From Mobula hypostoma (lineage: Eukaryota): a stretch of DNA of 64,000 bases. Of this stretch, positions 1-12,730 are shown one piece after another. Location of the stretch: positions 141,920,001-141,984,000 of the forward strand of contig NC_086097.1 in NCBI RefSeq assembly GCF_963921235.1. The letters are read 5' to 3'. The position numbers were made by a program, and so were the translations under genes. The stretch's first letter is position 1, and each line of letters starts with the position of its first letter. The notes beneath the pieces are model-generated. The model had not been told where the DNA came from and did no database searches. It saw nothing but the letters and a program-made list of their open reading frames with translations.

Positions 1-605
1 GCCAGAGGAAGCAGGATCTCCCAGTGGCCACACATTTTAATTCCACGTCCCATTCCCATTCTGATATGTCAATCCATGGCTTCCTCTACTGTCAAGATGA
101 AGCCACACTCAGGCTGGAGGAACAACACCTTGTATTCCATCTGGGTAGCCTCCAACCTGATAGCATAAACATTGATTTCTCTAACTTCCATTAATGCCCC
201 TCCTCCCCTTCATATCTCATCCCTATTTTTTTCTCTCTCTCCCTCTCACAATAACTCCTTGCCTGTTCTCCATTTTCCTCTGGTGCTCCCCTCCCTCTTT
301 CTTTCTTCCAAGGCCTTCTGTCCCATGATACTCCCCCTTCTCCAGCCTTGTATCCCTTTTGCCAGCTCTTCCCAGCTCTTGGCTTCATCCCTCCCCCTCC
401 TGTCTTCTCCTATCATTTTGGGTCCCCCACCCCCTCCCATTTTCAAATCTCTTGCTGTCTCTTTTTTCCGTGAATCCTGACCAAGGGTCTCGACCCGAAA
501 CGTCGACTGTGCTTCTTCCTACAGATGCTGCCTGGCCTGCTGTGTTCCACCAGCATTTTGTGTGTGTTGCTTGAATTTCCAGCATCTGCAGATTTTCTCG
601 TGTTT
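1..605 (+). mobile_element. Penelope-like retroelement 3' fragment (GIY-YIG C-terminus plus pLTR with hammerhead motif)
   Basis: Translates to QDLPVATHFNSTSHSHSDMSIHGFLYCQDEATLRLEEQHLVFHLGSLQP, then a pyrimidine-rich tract and CTGACCA-gggtctcgaccc-GAAA-CGTC at 477-504. Same family as 14439-15515 and 58391-58954. Confidence 0.85.
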
Positions 606-2057
606 GCAATTCTCCCAAGTGTGGTCTAACAAAAGTTATATATAGCTGCAACTCGATTTTCCTAATTTTATACTTTAATGCATCCACTGATGAAGACAAA
701 TATTCTGAACATCATCTGTATCATGCTGTATACTTGTGTTATTGCTTTTTCAGGGAGCAAAGTGCAATACCTGCATGCTGCACTAATTATTGAAGTTGGG
801 ATGACCTTGATGCTAAACCTTAGGCAATATGATCATGTTTTCTGTTTTTACTATAAATTACTTCCAGTCTTAATTGGAAGTTTATTGGAGGCAAGGTGTA
901 GCATCCCAGCAAGAAAGTTTGGAAAAATTTGTCAGGACATTAATTTATTATTTTTTGCACTAATCTTCACTGAAATGGCTTTACAGTTATGTTTACTTGG
1001 ATCTGGGCTTGTATACCATTATGAAGCAAACATAAGGTGGAGCCATATTTCATAAGGCAATGAATTTGAAGGTGCAGTCAATTCTATTTAAAGTCAAGGG
1101 CTTTGCGAACAAAAGGGCCTCGTGTAATGGTTGGTGCTGCTCTGTGCCGCCTTCATGAAGTTGCTGTGCAGTGTAGATCATGCCTATTAAGTGTCTCCAT
1201 GGATAGTATCACGAAGTGTACAAAAGTGTGTTTTAGTTGCTTTTGGCCTGTAGGGATAGTGTTGGGAACAGGAGAGTTAGGGGACTATATTTGAAGACAG
1301 AAATGTACTGGAGTCAGAGGTCAAACTGAAGTCTAGGCCTCCTCTCTGCACTTAAAGGCCAGCAATGTGGATGAGTGACAGAAGGACCGTGGTGGGATGT
1401 TGGTCTGCAGATCACTGAGGGTGAGGGCTGGTGGCCCCTCTCTCCAACCCAGTGAGTCATTGGCAAGTTCTGGGATTGGAGTTCTGTGTTGGCAGGAGGC
1501 ATGAGAGATGGTGAGAGATAAGTTTGAGAATCGGTGTGTCCAGCGTTCAAGGACTGGAGTTTGGATCCTCATTCATCATTTCGGAGAGGCCTGAGGTTGA
1601 TATCAAAGATGTAAGCTCGAACGTTGGTCTGAGTCTGTAAGTTGAAGCCTGATGGCTGGAGCTCTGAGTCTGCAAACCCACTGGGACAGTTGAAGCCCAT
1701 TGTCTGTGAATCCACATCTACTGGAGATGACCAATCCTGGGGTTGGAGCAATGTCCATGTGTGGGTCAGTGGGAGGAGTGGGGCTTATTTTGGTGCTTGT
1801 TATATCCTGTTTTGTGTTGTTCTGCCAAGCAGTGTGGGCAAGCCTTATTGGCATCAGAATACATGGCAATACTTAAGAGATATCCCCAGCACATACTTAA
1901 ATTTGTTGGTTGATAATGCAAATGATGTATTTCACTTTGTTTTGATGTACATGTGATAAATGCATTTAATCTAAATTTGGCCTGATGCTTGTTGGCCAGT
2001 CTGTGGGGGTGGTTGGGGAGGGGTGTGTATTGCCTTTGCAAGGACATTACTTGTTAC

Positions 2058-2605
2058 ATGGCCATTTCATAAGGTACACCTGTACATTTGTTTGATTAAT
2101 ACAAGTATCTAATCAGCGAATCATGTCAGCAATTGAATGAATAAAAGCATGCAGACATGGTCAAAAAGTTCTGATTTTGTTCAGACCAAGCATCAGATTG
2201 GGGAAGAAATGTGATCTAAGTGACTTTGACCATAGAATGATTAGTCCCAGATGGGGTGGTTTGAGTACCTCAGAAACTGCTGATCTGGGGTTTTCATGTG
2301 AAACAGTCTTTTAAAGTTTACAGAGAATGGTGCGAGAAACAAAAAAGAATCCAGTGAGCAGTGGTTCTGTAGGCAAAAACACCTTGTTAGTAAAAGGGGT
2401 CAGAGGAGAATAGTCAAATTGGTTCAAATGGACAGGAAGGTTACAATAACTCAAATAACCACATGTTGCTACAGTGGTGCACAGAAGAGCATCTCTGAGC
2501 ACACAGTACATTGAACCTTGAAGTGGATGGACTATAGCAGCAGAAGACCACAAACACGCACGCTCAGTGGCCACTTTATTAGGTACAGGTGGTACCTAAT
2601 ACGAG
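2058..2605. mobile_element. Non-autonomous Tc1-derived element
   Basis: Repeated motif tggccactttattaggtaca and degraded Tc1 transposase N-terminal-like sequence; boundaries approximate. Confidence 0.5.
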
Positions 2606-2948
2606 TGATGATTTGCAGTGGCCAATTAATGTACCAACCTGCAAATCTTTGCGATGCACTGTAGTCACTGGAAGAAAATTCAAACTCCACATAGATAACC
2701 TATGGTCAAGACTGAACTGGGGTTCTCTTTGAGGGACAGAAAGCTAAGATGAAATTTTCTCAAAATGTTCAAAATTGTGTTTGGATTTAATTTAGTAAAG
2801 AAAATTCTTTCCACTCACAGTAGGTTAATTACCAAGAACACGGGTTTAAAAAACCAAAAGGCAACACATTCAGCTTTACTCTCAGGCCAGCACAGACACA
2901 AGTGGATCTCAAGACAAGGAATTTGAAGAATGCTTATGAGATTTTTTT

Positions 2949-3720
2949 TAGAGCAGCTGGTGGTCAAGCTCACCAGAGAGAAGGGTAATTCTGGATTTGG
3001 TGTTGTGTATTGAACCAGATTTGATTAGGGAGTTTACTAAGGAAACTTTAGGAGGCAAAGGTGGTAAAAGAACCCTTAATACAATAGAATGCACCCTGCA
3101 GTTTGAGAGGGAGAGAGAAGCTAAAATCAAATGTATCAGTGTTACAGTAGAGGAAGTGGAACTACAGAGGCATGGGAGAGGAGCTGGCATCCTGAATGGA
3201 TGATGAGGCAACCATGGCTGACAAGGGAAGTCAAAGACAGCATTAAAGCAAACAAGAGGGCACACAATAGAGCAAAAATTAGTACAAAGCCAGAGGATTG
3301 GGATGCTTTTAAAAACCAACAAAAAGCAACTAAAACACAAGGGGGAAAAAAGGTGACATATGAAGCCAATAGTGTAAAATAGGATATCAAAAGTTTTTTT
3401 TCCAGATATATAAAGAGTAAAAGGCAAGAGTGGATATTGCACTGCTGGGAAATAATGCAGGAGACATGAGGGCAAATAAATGGTGGACAACTTCATGAAA
3501 TATTTTGCTCAGTTTTCACTGTGGATGACACAAGCAGTGTACCTGAAATTTGAGTGTCTTGCGGCAGAATTGAGTGTAGTCACTATTGCAAAGGAGAAGG
3601 TGCTTGGAAGCTGAAAGATCAAAAGGTAGATAAGTCGTGCAGGATTCCCTAAAGGTTAACTTGCAGGTTGAGTCTGGTAAGGAAGGCAAGTGCAATGTTG
3701 GCATTAATTTCATGAAAATC
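2949..3720 (+). mobile_element. CR1 LINE ORF2 fragment, internally deleted
   Basis: LDLVLCIEPDLIRE and RQPWLTREVKDSIKA segments are homologous to the CR1 at 39081-41792. Confidence 0.75.
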
Positions 3721-4859
3721 ACTCTCTATGGTTTTCTAGCTGATGTATCCTTCTGTATCTTCAGGCAACCATTCTTGCTTTCTACAACTGCACTGATCTT
3801 CCTATCATTAGGAAATTTACTAATCAGACCACAGACGTTCTTACGTCCAGTGCTATAGCTGAGATATTGTGCTTCTAGTTACGTAGTATTATTTGGTAGA
3901 ATTGGATCAGTTAAGCATGTTGGCAGAAACCATGCTTCGTGCCAATTCTCCCAATTTGGGCAGGCTTCCTTATGTTTGAGGAGGACTTTGCAAGAATGAT
4001 ATTTGGCAAGTCTGAATATGATAGCTTGATTGCTTTCAGATGATCTGTCTGAAGTTTATTAGGATTCAGTAGGCCATTTCAGTGAGAAGTAAAATTAAAT
4101 GCCCCACCTGCTATTAAAGATCCAGTATAACATTTTTCAGATCATTGGCCAAAGCCTCTGGATTACTTGCAACATAACTACTTTGCTACAGTTTCTTATG
4201 TTGGTGCTTATGGGATTTATTTTTAAACTTTTCCACTTCTCCATAAGCATTTGTGTTATTCTATGCCAATGCCATTTTTAAAAATCACCGGTGTTTTCCA
4301 TTAATATGTCAGTGCAACTACTGCACTAAGTGAATGAGAAAAGCTAATTTCAAACTGAGCATACAGCCTTGCCCTTACTGTTTCACAGAAGAAAAACTCT
4401 CAATTCTATCATTGACTCTGATTCCATTAAAAAGGGAATTATTGAGTTTGTTTATGAATATTAGAAAAGTAAGAGAAAAATTAAGTGAAGGTTTTCAATT
4501 GCCACACATGACATCAGTTGAGTCATTGCACTTTAAATATTTGTTAATTAATTGTCTCTAATTTTCATCTCAAGCTTTCTTTATTTCTATGCTCCAAAAT
4601 ATGGGAGTTGCTGATGCATTTTGTATGGTCAGGTTCTTTTTATCTGCTGATGTTCTATGAACTAATTTAAAAGAATATAGATTAGGGGATAATTAATAGT
4701 TTTACATGGATATCTTGAAAAGCTGGGAGTGGGGGTATAATTTTCACAAGGGTCAAAATGTTTGTTTTATTGTTTATTCTGCTGTGTCGCACCAGATGTA
4801 AAGTGCTCTCTACAGAGAATTTTTTGAAATATTTGTTTAATTTTCAATTTTTTTATCAG

Positions 4860-5066
4860 GGTCCTGTTGTCCTTGGTGATGCTCAGTTGCCAGAAGATCT
4901 GCTGAAGCACCAGTGCCGGTTAGTAACACCATCCTCAGCTGCAGGCTTGCAGGGCCTAGAGATGCACTCCAGCTCAACAACCGATTCAAAGCTGTCTATT
5001 ATGAATAACAAATGTGACCTCTCACCGTGCAGCCCATCTCTTCTCTTGAGGAACATTGATAAACAG
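4860..5066 (+). CDS. KANSL1: KANSL1-family protein, exon A (first in window; 5' part of gene lies upstream)
   Basis: ttttatcag| acceptor, cag|gtgag donor. GPVVLGDAQLPEDLLKHQ...DLSPCSPSLLLRNIDKQ resembles KANSL1L GIVVLEECQLPKDILKKQ...SPSSPTLLLRNIEKQ. Paralog identity uncertain. Confidence 0.9.
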
Positions 5067-6310
5067 GTGAGTAGTTATTAGTCTGAAGTGTCATTAGTCT
5101 AAACTTTTGCTACAGTTTTAAAAAGAAACGGTGTATAACACTGCGTTTCACATAATTGGTTGTATTGCACTAATGTCTGTCCAATTTCTGTGAACTTTAT
5201 TGGCCAGTGCAAGGTACAGTAGTATAGTAGTTTAATACTTCATAGACTGTAAAACAGTAGAAGAACCTGAATTTAGTTAGATTATTACAACACATGTCCA
5301 AATGTATATTTGAAAGAATACTGTTTAAATTGACTTTCATAAGAGCAGACAGCAACAAAATGGAGTTAGAGAAAATATCTTGAGAGGACATGTATGGTTG
5401 AAGTTTCTTCCTAAGGCTAGGAGAGAGAAATAGTGTAGTGCATGGTGGAAGAGTAGAGGATTTGTGCTGAGATTTGGAGTATGAGGATAATGCGAAGGAA
5501 CTTTTTGCATCACTGTATTTCTGCTGATGTGGTTTTCATGAGACATACTGTTAAGTGTTGTCTAAGCTCAGCAGCCTCTTTTATTTGTACCTAAATGGTC
5601 TAAGAGGGTAATAGGGAGCCTTGTTGATTCATTGTTTATCATTGTTGATTCATAGGTGGAGATGTATCTAGCAAATTGCCAACCCAGAGCAAATTCAGTT
5701 ATGGTGTGCAAATGCTTGACAGTTCCCTTAGAACAACAACAAACACTTTGGAGATTCTTAGGAATGAATGTTACAGAATGATTGGCAGAATTTGACAAAT
5801 TGTTCTGATAATAAGAATCCATACCCCAACTGACACTTCACCTCCCATTGAGGAAAGACATTGAGAAAAGATTGGGGAAGTATGTGGCTAGCATTTATTT
5901 AATTGGTCTTTATTATACTGACATCAAATATTCAAAGATGTTCTTTGTAGGGACAAAAGAAAGTGCAGTTCCTTTTATGTACGTACTGAAATGATGCATT
6001 CACTATTATATTACAACATAATAGACATGAGAAGGAAACTGTTCCAAATTCTAGACCTACTTCTCATGCATCTTCTTGGACTGCTGTAATTCTACTTCTT
6101 TCAATAGTTAATCTCATAGTAAGCTGAATCCCAGACTCTGTGTGAGTTGAAAATTTTCTTTATTTATGGTTAAATTCTCAGACTTAGTGGTGGAAAAAAA
6201 TGAAGTGATACTTGAGTACCCTTTCTCATTATTTTGTAACTCTATATTTAAAAATCAGCTGCTTTTGGGGGCTTATTATTTGTTTTCTTATAATTTGTTT
6301 TCTTCTTCAG

Positions 6311-6441
6311 AGTTCTCGCCTTACACAGTCTTTGGGAAACCTTATTTGCCCTTCCAGCCCTTCTTGTAGTTCCCCTTCAAACTCTTCACTATTGCCTAAA
6401 GTGTGTACACCACCAAGGCAACTCAACGGGCTGTTGAATAG
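6311..6441 (+). CDS. KANSL1: KANSL1-family protein, exon B
   Basis: tcttcag| SSRLTQSLGNLICPSSP...RQLNGLLN ag|gtgagt; phase 0 to 2 fits neighbouring exons. Confidence 0.88.
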
Positions 6442-7003
6442 GTGAGTTATTTTATGTATGCATTCCCTCATATTTAAGGTAAAAGAATAACAAATAAGAA
6501 CCTTATTTGATTTGTATGGTGCAGCCCTTTTGAATTCTACAGATTTTTATTAACTTTTGAAGTCTAGTTGGTTTTGCAGTGTAGGAAATGAGTTCTTACA
6601 CACAGCACTGTGGTAATGATGAGGTAATGTCCCAGTATTGTTTGAGAGCTAAATACTAATTTGGTCATTTGCAATGACCTCACGACACTTCCTGGAATTA
6701 ATGCAAAAGCCTCTTACGCTCCACTGAAATATTTCACGTGAAAGGGGGCATACCCGAAAGCTTTGACTGGATTGCCACATTCAATGTTTGTGGTTGTGTT
6801 TTTAGACCCACAACTCTTTAGGTCAGTTTTTGCCAGCTAGGTCATAAATGTTTCTAAAAATATATGTTGCAAAGTTGCTTCACTTAGCATTTAAGATTTG
6901 TCATCAATACAATTGCATAAATAACACAAGGTTGAAAAAAGGATTTGTAGTAATTTCATCATTTGATTCACTAACTTTCTTTTATCTGCTCCATGTATAA
7001 CAG

Positions 7004-7208
7004 TTTGCATTCTAGTCCTTTGGATAGCAGCTCACTTGACAGTTCAGATACTGAGGAGATTCTGAGTAAAAAGCAACGGCTTGATGGACTCAATATCCCT
7101 CCATCACCACCAGACAACAGCTGTGTTGCTGCCAGAGTTCGACCTGTCCGGAGGTATAGGAAGCGGAGGCTGGTCCGATCTAATATAGCATGTTATCTTG
7201 GCAGAAAG
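7004..7208 (+). CDS. KANSL1: KANSL1-family protein, exon C (WDR5-binding WIN-like motif)
   Basis: [15 protein letters not shown]...[19 protein letters not shown] matches KANSL1 DSSDAEEQLHKKQRL...CVAARTRPVLSCKKRRLVR; cag| acceptor, aag|gtatg donor. Confidence 0.93.
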
Positions 7209-7474
7209 GTATGCAAGATTTATTTTACTTACAAAGTTTTTCAAAGGTGGGCACCATAAAGTTCTCTTGAACTAATGCATGAATGCATGTATTACATGAT
7301 ATTTCAGTGAAGGTGCCTGCTCATGTGGTATTAGCAGAGAGGTATGGAAGCTTTGCACTTGGCTGTAGCACTCCAAGGCCAAAGAATAGTAAAGGCAGCT
7401 GAAAATATTATTTTTGTGTGCATTCTGGTAACTTCTACTGTAAGCGGCGTGCAAACTGGATTTATCTTGTTGAC

Positions 7475-7694
7475 AACATACATCAAAGTTGCTGGTGAAC
7501 GCAGCAGGCCAAGCAGCATCTATAGGAAGAGGCGCAGTCGACATTTCAGGCCGAGACCCTTCGTCAGGACGAAGGGTCTCGGCCTGAAACGTTGACTGCG
7601 CCTCTTCCTATACATGCTGCTTGACCTGCTGCGTTCACCAGCAACTTTGATGTATGTTGCTTGAATTTCCAGCATCTGCAGAATTCCTGTTGTT
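7475..7694. mobile_element. Short fold-back Penelope-like element (inverted pLTR halves)
   Basis: Inverted arms of about 92 bp centred on ttcgtc-ag-gacgaa, a ~35 nt one-sided tail, and TSD tttatcttgttgac at 7461-7474 and 7695-7708. Confidence 0.9.
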
Positions 7695-8044
7695 TTTATC
7701 TTGTTGACCATAGTTGCTTTTCCCCAGTAGTGATCAAAGGTTGCAATGATAGACTCATACTTGAAGGATGGTCACAGGCATTGAAATAAAGAAGTTTGTT
7801 CTTCTAAATTGTACAGAGTAGTTCTCATGCACATTTCAGCTATCCTCTCCTTTACCCCAATCAAGAGTAAAACTTAAGAATATATGTGGTAAGTTAATTG
7901 GTTGCAAAAATGACCTGCCTATTCAGAATAAACTTGGTTGTAGAAAAGCAAGAATGGAAAGGATCAGTCTAATGTTGGCTTCCATCCAATCCACTCATTG
8001 AGTGAGATTATAAATGTTCAACTTGTTTTGTTAACTTGCTATTG

Positions 8045-9790
8045 CAGTGCCTATAAAAAGTATTCACCCCCCCACCCCTGGAAGTTTTCATGTTTTATTG
8101 TTTTACAACATTGAATCGCAGTGGATTTAATTTGGCGCTTTTGACACCGATCAACAGAAAAAGACCCTTTCGTGTCAAAGAGAAAACTGATCTCTACAAA
8201 GTGGTCTAAATTAATTACAAATATAAAACACAAAATAATTGATTGCAAAAGTATTCATGCAGTGCCCCCCCCCCCCAAATCATCACTGGTGTGGCCAATT
8301 GGTTTTAAAAGTCACAAAATTAGTTAAATGGAGATCACCTGTGTTCAGTCAAGATGTTTCAATTGATTGTAAAAATACACCTATATCTGAAAGGTCCAAC
8401 TGCTGGTGAGTCAGTATCCTGGTTAAAAACTAAACCATGAAGACAAAAGAACACTCCAAGCAACTCCGCAAATCAGTCTTTGAAAAGCACAAGTCAGGAG
8501 ATAGATACAAGAAAATTTCCAAGTCACTGAATATCCCTTTGAGTACAGTTAAGTCAATCATCAAGAAATGGAAAGAATAAGGTACGGCTGTAAATCTGCC
8601 TAGAGCAGGCCGTTATCAAAAACTGAGTGACCGTGCATGAAGGAGACTAGTGAGGCAAGCCACCAAGAGACCTATGACAACTCTGGAGGAGTTGCAAGCT
8701 TCAGTGGCTGAGACGGGAGAGACTGCACATACAAATGTTGCCCGGGTGCTTCACCAGTTGCAGCTTTATGGGAGAGTGGCAAAGAGACTCTGAAGTCAGC
8801 TGAAAGAAGCCATACTGTGATGAAACCAAAACTGAGCTTCATAGCATCAGACTAAATGCTATACTTGGCGTAAGCTAAGCACCACACATCATCAGAAACA
8901 AGGCATTGTTACTGTGAATCATGGTGGTAGTGGCATCGTTACTGTGAAGCATGGAGGTAGCGGCTGTGGGGATGTTTCACTGTAGTAGACCCTGGAAGGT
9001 TTATGAAAGTGGAAGGTAAAATGAATGCAGCAAAATACAGGGTAATCTTGGAGGAAAACCTAATGCAATCTGCAAGAGAACTGCAACTTTGGAGAAGATT
9101 TGTTTTCCAGCAAGACAAGGAAAGGACCCCAAGCATAAAGCCAAAGCTACACAGGAATGGCTTAAGAACAACAAAGTTAATGTCCTGTAGTGGCCAAGTC
9201 AGGATCCAGACCTCAATCTTGATGTTGAAAGGCATGGACAGAGTGGAAGTGGCAAAGTTGTTTCCCATGATGGGGGAGTCTAGTACGAGAGGGCATGACA
9301 TAAGGATTGAAGGGCGCCCATTCAGAACAGAAATGTGAAGAAATTTTTTTAGTCAGAGGGTGGTGAATCTATGGAATTTGTTGCCACAGGCAGCAGTGGA
9401 GGCCGAGTCATTAGGTGTATTTAAGGCAGAGATTGATAGGTACCTGAGTAGCAAGGGTATTAAAGGTTATGGTGAGAAGGTGGGGGAGTGGGACTAAATG
9501 GGAGAATGGATCAGCTCATGATAAAATGGCGGAGCAGACTCGATGGCCGAATGGCCGACTTCTGCTTTGTCTATGGTCTCAATCTAATTGAGAATTTGTG
9601 GCTGGACTTGAAAAGCGCTGTTCACTCACAATCCCCATGGAATCTGACAAAACTTGAGCAGTTTTACAAAGGAGAATGGGGAAAGATTGCAGTGTCCAGA
9701 TGTGTGCAAAGCTGATGAAGACCGATCCACCCAGACGAAGCTGTAATTGCCGCCAAAGGTGTATCTACTAAATACTGACTTGAATGTGGA
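8045..9790 (+). mobile_element. Tc1 transposon, degraded, right end truncated
   Basis: Left TIR cagtgcctataaaaagtattcaccccc; disrupted transposase ATG 8437 (MKTKEHSKQLR) to 9778 with WGCF, FQQD and WPSQxPDLN/IENLW motifs. Confidence 0.88.
9220..9577 (+). mobile_element. CR1 LINE 3' fragment inserted in the Tc1 transposase
   Basis: MLKGMDRVEVAKLFPMMGESSTRGHDIRIEGRPFRTEM plus CR1 3' UTR; TSD ctcaatct at 9212-9219 and 9578-9585. Confidence 0.9.
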
Positions 9791-10248
9791 TTCATCATGC
9801 CAGACCATTCTGTATAGGTGGTGACACAGGCTTCTCTAATAACCTAATATGGTTTTGGGCACCTGTGCACAATTTAACTCTATATTCAGACATGACATTC
9901 TTCCCTGCAAACGCTGCCAAATTTTAAGTGCGGCTTATGCCTGAATGCTATGTATGTACTATTTCCTGCAGGAATCGGCAAATAGATGAGTGCAACATAA
10001 AGTTTGAGCTGAGATCTTAAATTTTCAAAATAGCTTCAGGTTCTACTCTTGCATCTGAGGAGGAGCTGTCTTGTCAATAACTGTTGGCTATGAAAACAGA
10101 CCCTAGGAAAGAAAGGGAGAGTGCAAGAAGTGCAGCCCGCAAGACGTAACGTTGTAGAAATTTTATTTTATTTGATATTACTAATTAATGTGTTCTTTGT
10201 ATCATGCAGTTTCAATCTATAACAATATTTCTAATGAATATTTTACAG

Positions 10249-10414
10249 GCCCAACGCCCCCTCAGTATTAAATGTAGCTGTGACTGGCCTACCACATGTA
10301 TTTTATGTGGTTCTAAAACCATGATGCAGACTATGGATCAGACCAATATGCCTCCGCAGGAACGTGTGGCTATAATAGAACCCTGCTACCACTCCATATT
10401 GTCACTTCCACAAG
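10249..10414 (+). CDS. KANSL1: KANSL1-family protein, exon D
   Basis: ttttacag| AQRPLSIKCSCDWPTTCILCGSK...ERVAIIEPCYHSILSLPQ g|gtgagt; compare KANSL1 GCDVNPSCALCGS...ERLSQLDSCVHPVLAFP. Confidence 0.92.
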
Positions 10415-11221
10415 GTGAGTGTGATTCTGTGTCACATGTAACTTTAAAAGCAACTTTAGATTTCGGCTTGTAACACCCCTATATTGGAAAGTTTTGGACA
10501 ACCTGTTATCTCTATTTCTCTTATCCTTTAAGTGGATGGATTGTACTTTTGTTTTGTAACCACACTGTTTCCTATAAAACTTCCATTGTGTTCTCCCAGG
10601 TTTTCTGGCTTCTTCATATGTTTCTACATTAATGCATTTTAATGCATTGGAGATAGTCTTTTTTTTTTGTTTACTCTACTTCCTGCTCTCACCCTTTCTC
10701 CTCTCGGCGAAAGCAAGGAATAGGGCTCCATGTGTCCTCTCCAGATCATTGCTTTTCTCTGTGGCTCCGGCAGAGCCTAACAAAAGCCTGAATACAGCAT
10801 TTCATCTTCTGTTCAGGCATGTTGGAGACCTTTGAACTCAATGCTAAATTGAACAGTTTCAGGCAACCAGCTTTGTACAGTTGATGTCAGAATTGACCAG
10901 TTTTGATGTAAGGTCACTCATCCATAACATCTACTCAGTTTTTCTTTCTTCATATGTACTACCTATTACATATTTGTAATATGTTATTTATTATTTACAG
11001 AATTCTCTTGTTCCAGATTTCCAGCAACTGCTGTACACTTTATCCCACAGTTCCAGTTTGACTTTTTTTCCTTCGAATTTCCTTAATCTGTCCATTTCTA
11101 TTTACATGGCTTCAGCCACTCTTGCTGTGATTTCATTTTGTTTTTAAGAGTCAGGAGGAGACCGTTTGACTCATGGTGTCAGTGCTGGTTCCAGAACATT
11201 CCTATCCATTCTATTCCACTA

Positions 11222-12463
11222 CACCCTATCCTCGTTATATGCGACGGATACGTTCCTCGAAGTTGACGCATAATGTGAAATCACATAATATGAATAATTA
11301 CTTAAATGGAGAAAATAGAGATGCGTTCCAGAGGGCTTCCTAAATATGTTTTATCTGTAACTTATTCACATTTTTATAACAATACGACACAAAATCAGAG
11401 CTACAAGACAACATTTGTATTATATTTAATCAATTTAAAGTAATATTCAATGTAATAAATCATAGAAAGTTAACATCCTCTGGTGTACAGTACTCACCAA
11501 CAGTGGCAGGTGTGTTCGCTCCGGGAGATGAGTGGTTGTTGTGGTGTCGGGCAGCTTTACATAGATAAGGTGGATGGTTGTGGTCGTCAGGATAATATCA
11601 AGCACAGCAAGGGGTGAAAGAAGACTCACAGAACTCTTAGAACTGCCGGGAGCAGAAAGATTACAGCGATTTGCATAAAGTGGTGACGGTTGTTTGCTCA
11701 GCAGCATTTTGTTTTTCAGCATAAATTTGCTTGCAGGAAAGAAGGGTTGACGGCAGGGAACGACTGAAATGTTGACTCCGTTCTAAACTTGGGTCCATGT
11801 CCATCGCCATTTGTGTTCTGACTTCCACCTTTCCCTCACTGTTAGTAAACTCCCGGGATTTTCAAAATTGTCTGTTGCTTGCAGCATCTGAGAAATAGGT
11901 CGCCGTAAAAAAAAATACTTACGTCTTGAATGTGGATTACACCGGCCGAGTGGTTGAATCAGCGATGTTATGTTAGCCGGCAGGAAACGCACTGTATGTT
12001 AGGATGAATGCTGTCCAAATGTTTAGGATGGGCTGGCGCATTGTCAAGCAACAAAAGAACTGTAAAGGCAAGATTCTGTTCCCAGCAGTAGATGCCGTGC
12101 TGTTTATAATTTCCAATTTTTTTTCAAGTGTTAAAGCGGTTCTCTGCCGCTTAGTTGATGGCCCAAGACATGACATCGGATGCTTACAAGGCATAGTTAA
12201 ATATTTCAAGCACAAAATCACTGCACCGTAGGTAAAACCAACAAAAGTTTAAGATCGCGCATCCACACCTTGCCAAAATCAATGCGAGAGTGGCGGGAGA
12301 GAGATTGTGAGGCGTGCGCACATGACTTGTATTGGCGGGAAGGCAGTGCTCCTCGCATAACTGTGAATTTTGGACGCATATAACGAGACCTTAGTAGAAA
12401 TAGGTTCCTCACATAACTGTGAATACGCATAGTCTGCCAAGACGCATATAACGAGGATATGTG
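11222..12463 (-). mobile_element. pogo/Tigger-like DNA transposon, internally deleted
   Basis: TIRs tatcctcgttatatgcg / cgcatataacgaggata with TA flanks; minus-strand remnants KRQRTALTLEKKLEII (psq HTH) and RFLPANITSLIQPL (DDD domain). Confidence 0.85.
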
Positions 12464-12479
12464 TATTTATTTCCCTGTA

Positions 12480-12730
12480 ACCTACTGTCTTTCACATTGA
12501 TTGGTAGTGCCTGCCCCATACGCCCCAAATCTCCAGCCTATATGGAGGTAATTTGTGGTGACCATTTGAATTACTACCAGCATATTTTGGAATATGGAGG
12601 AAACTGGAGTACCTGAGGGATGGCCATCGAATCATAGAGAAAAATGTAAGCTTCATGTGGACTGCACTGCAGGTCAGGATCAAAACTGGATCGCTAGAGT
12701 TCTGCAGCATTACCTGCTGCACTATGATGC
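12480..12730 (-). mobile_element. HE1/V-SINE-like tRNA-derived SINE, degraded
   Basis: ggaggaaactggagtacctgaggga...aagcttcatgtggac resembles the reverse complement of the V-SINE core; related fragments near 2610-2730 and 37690-37830. Confidence 0.5.

Noticed and set aside
678..1980. Short ORFs of 60-125 aa as genes
   Set aside because: No domains or coherent splice structure; intronic or repeat-derived.
10720..10862. H/ACA snoRNA (two hairpins around ACAAAA)
   Set aside because: No terminal ACA box; the sequence looks like a degenerate Penelope EQHLIFRLG...FNNFR end.
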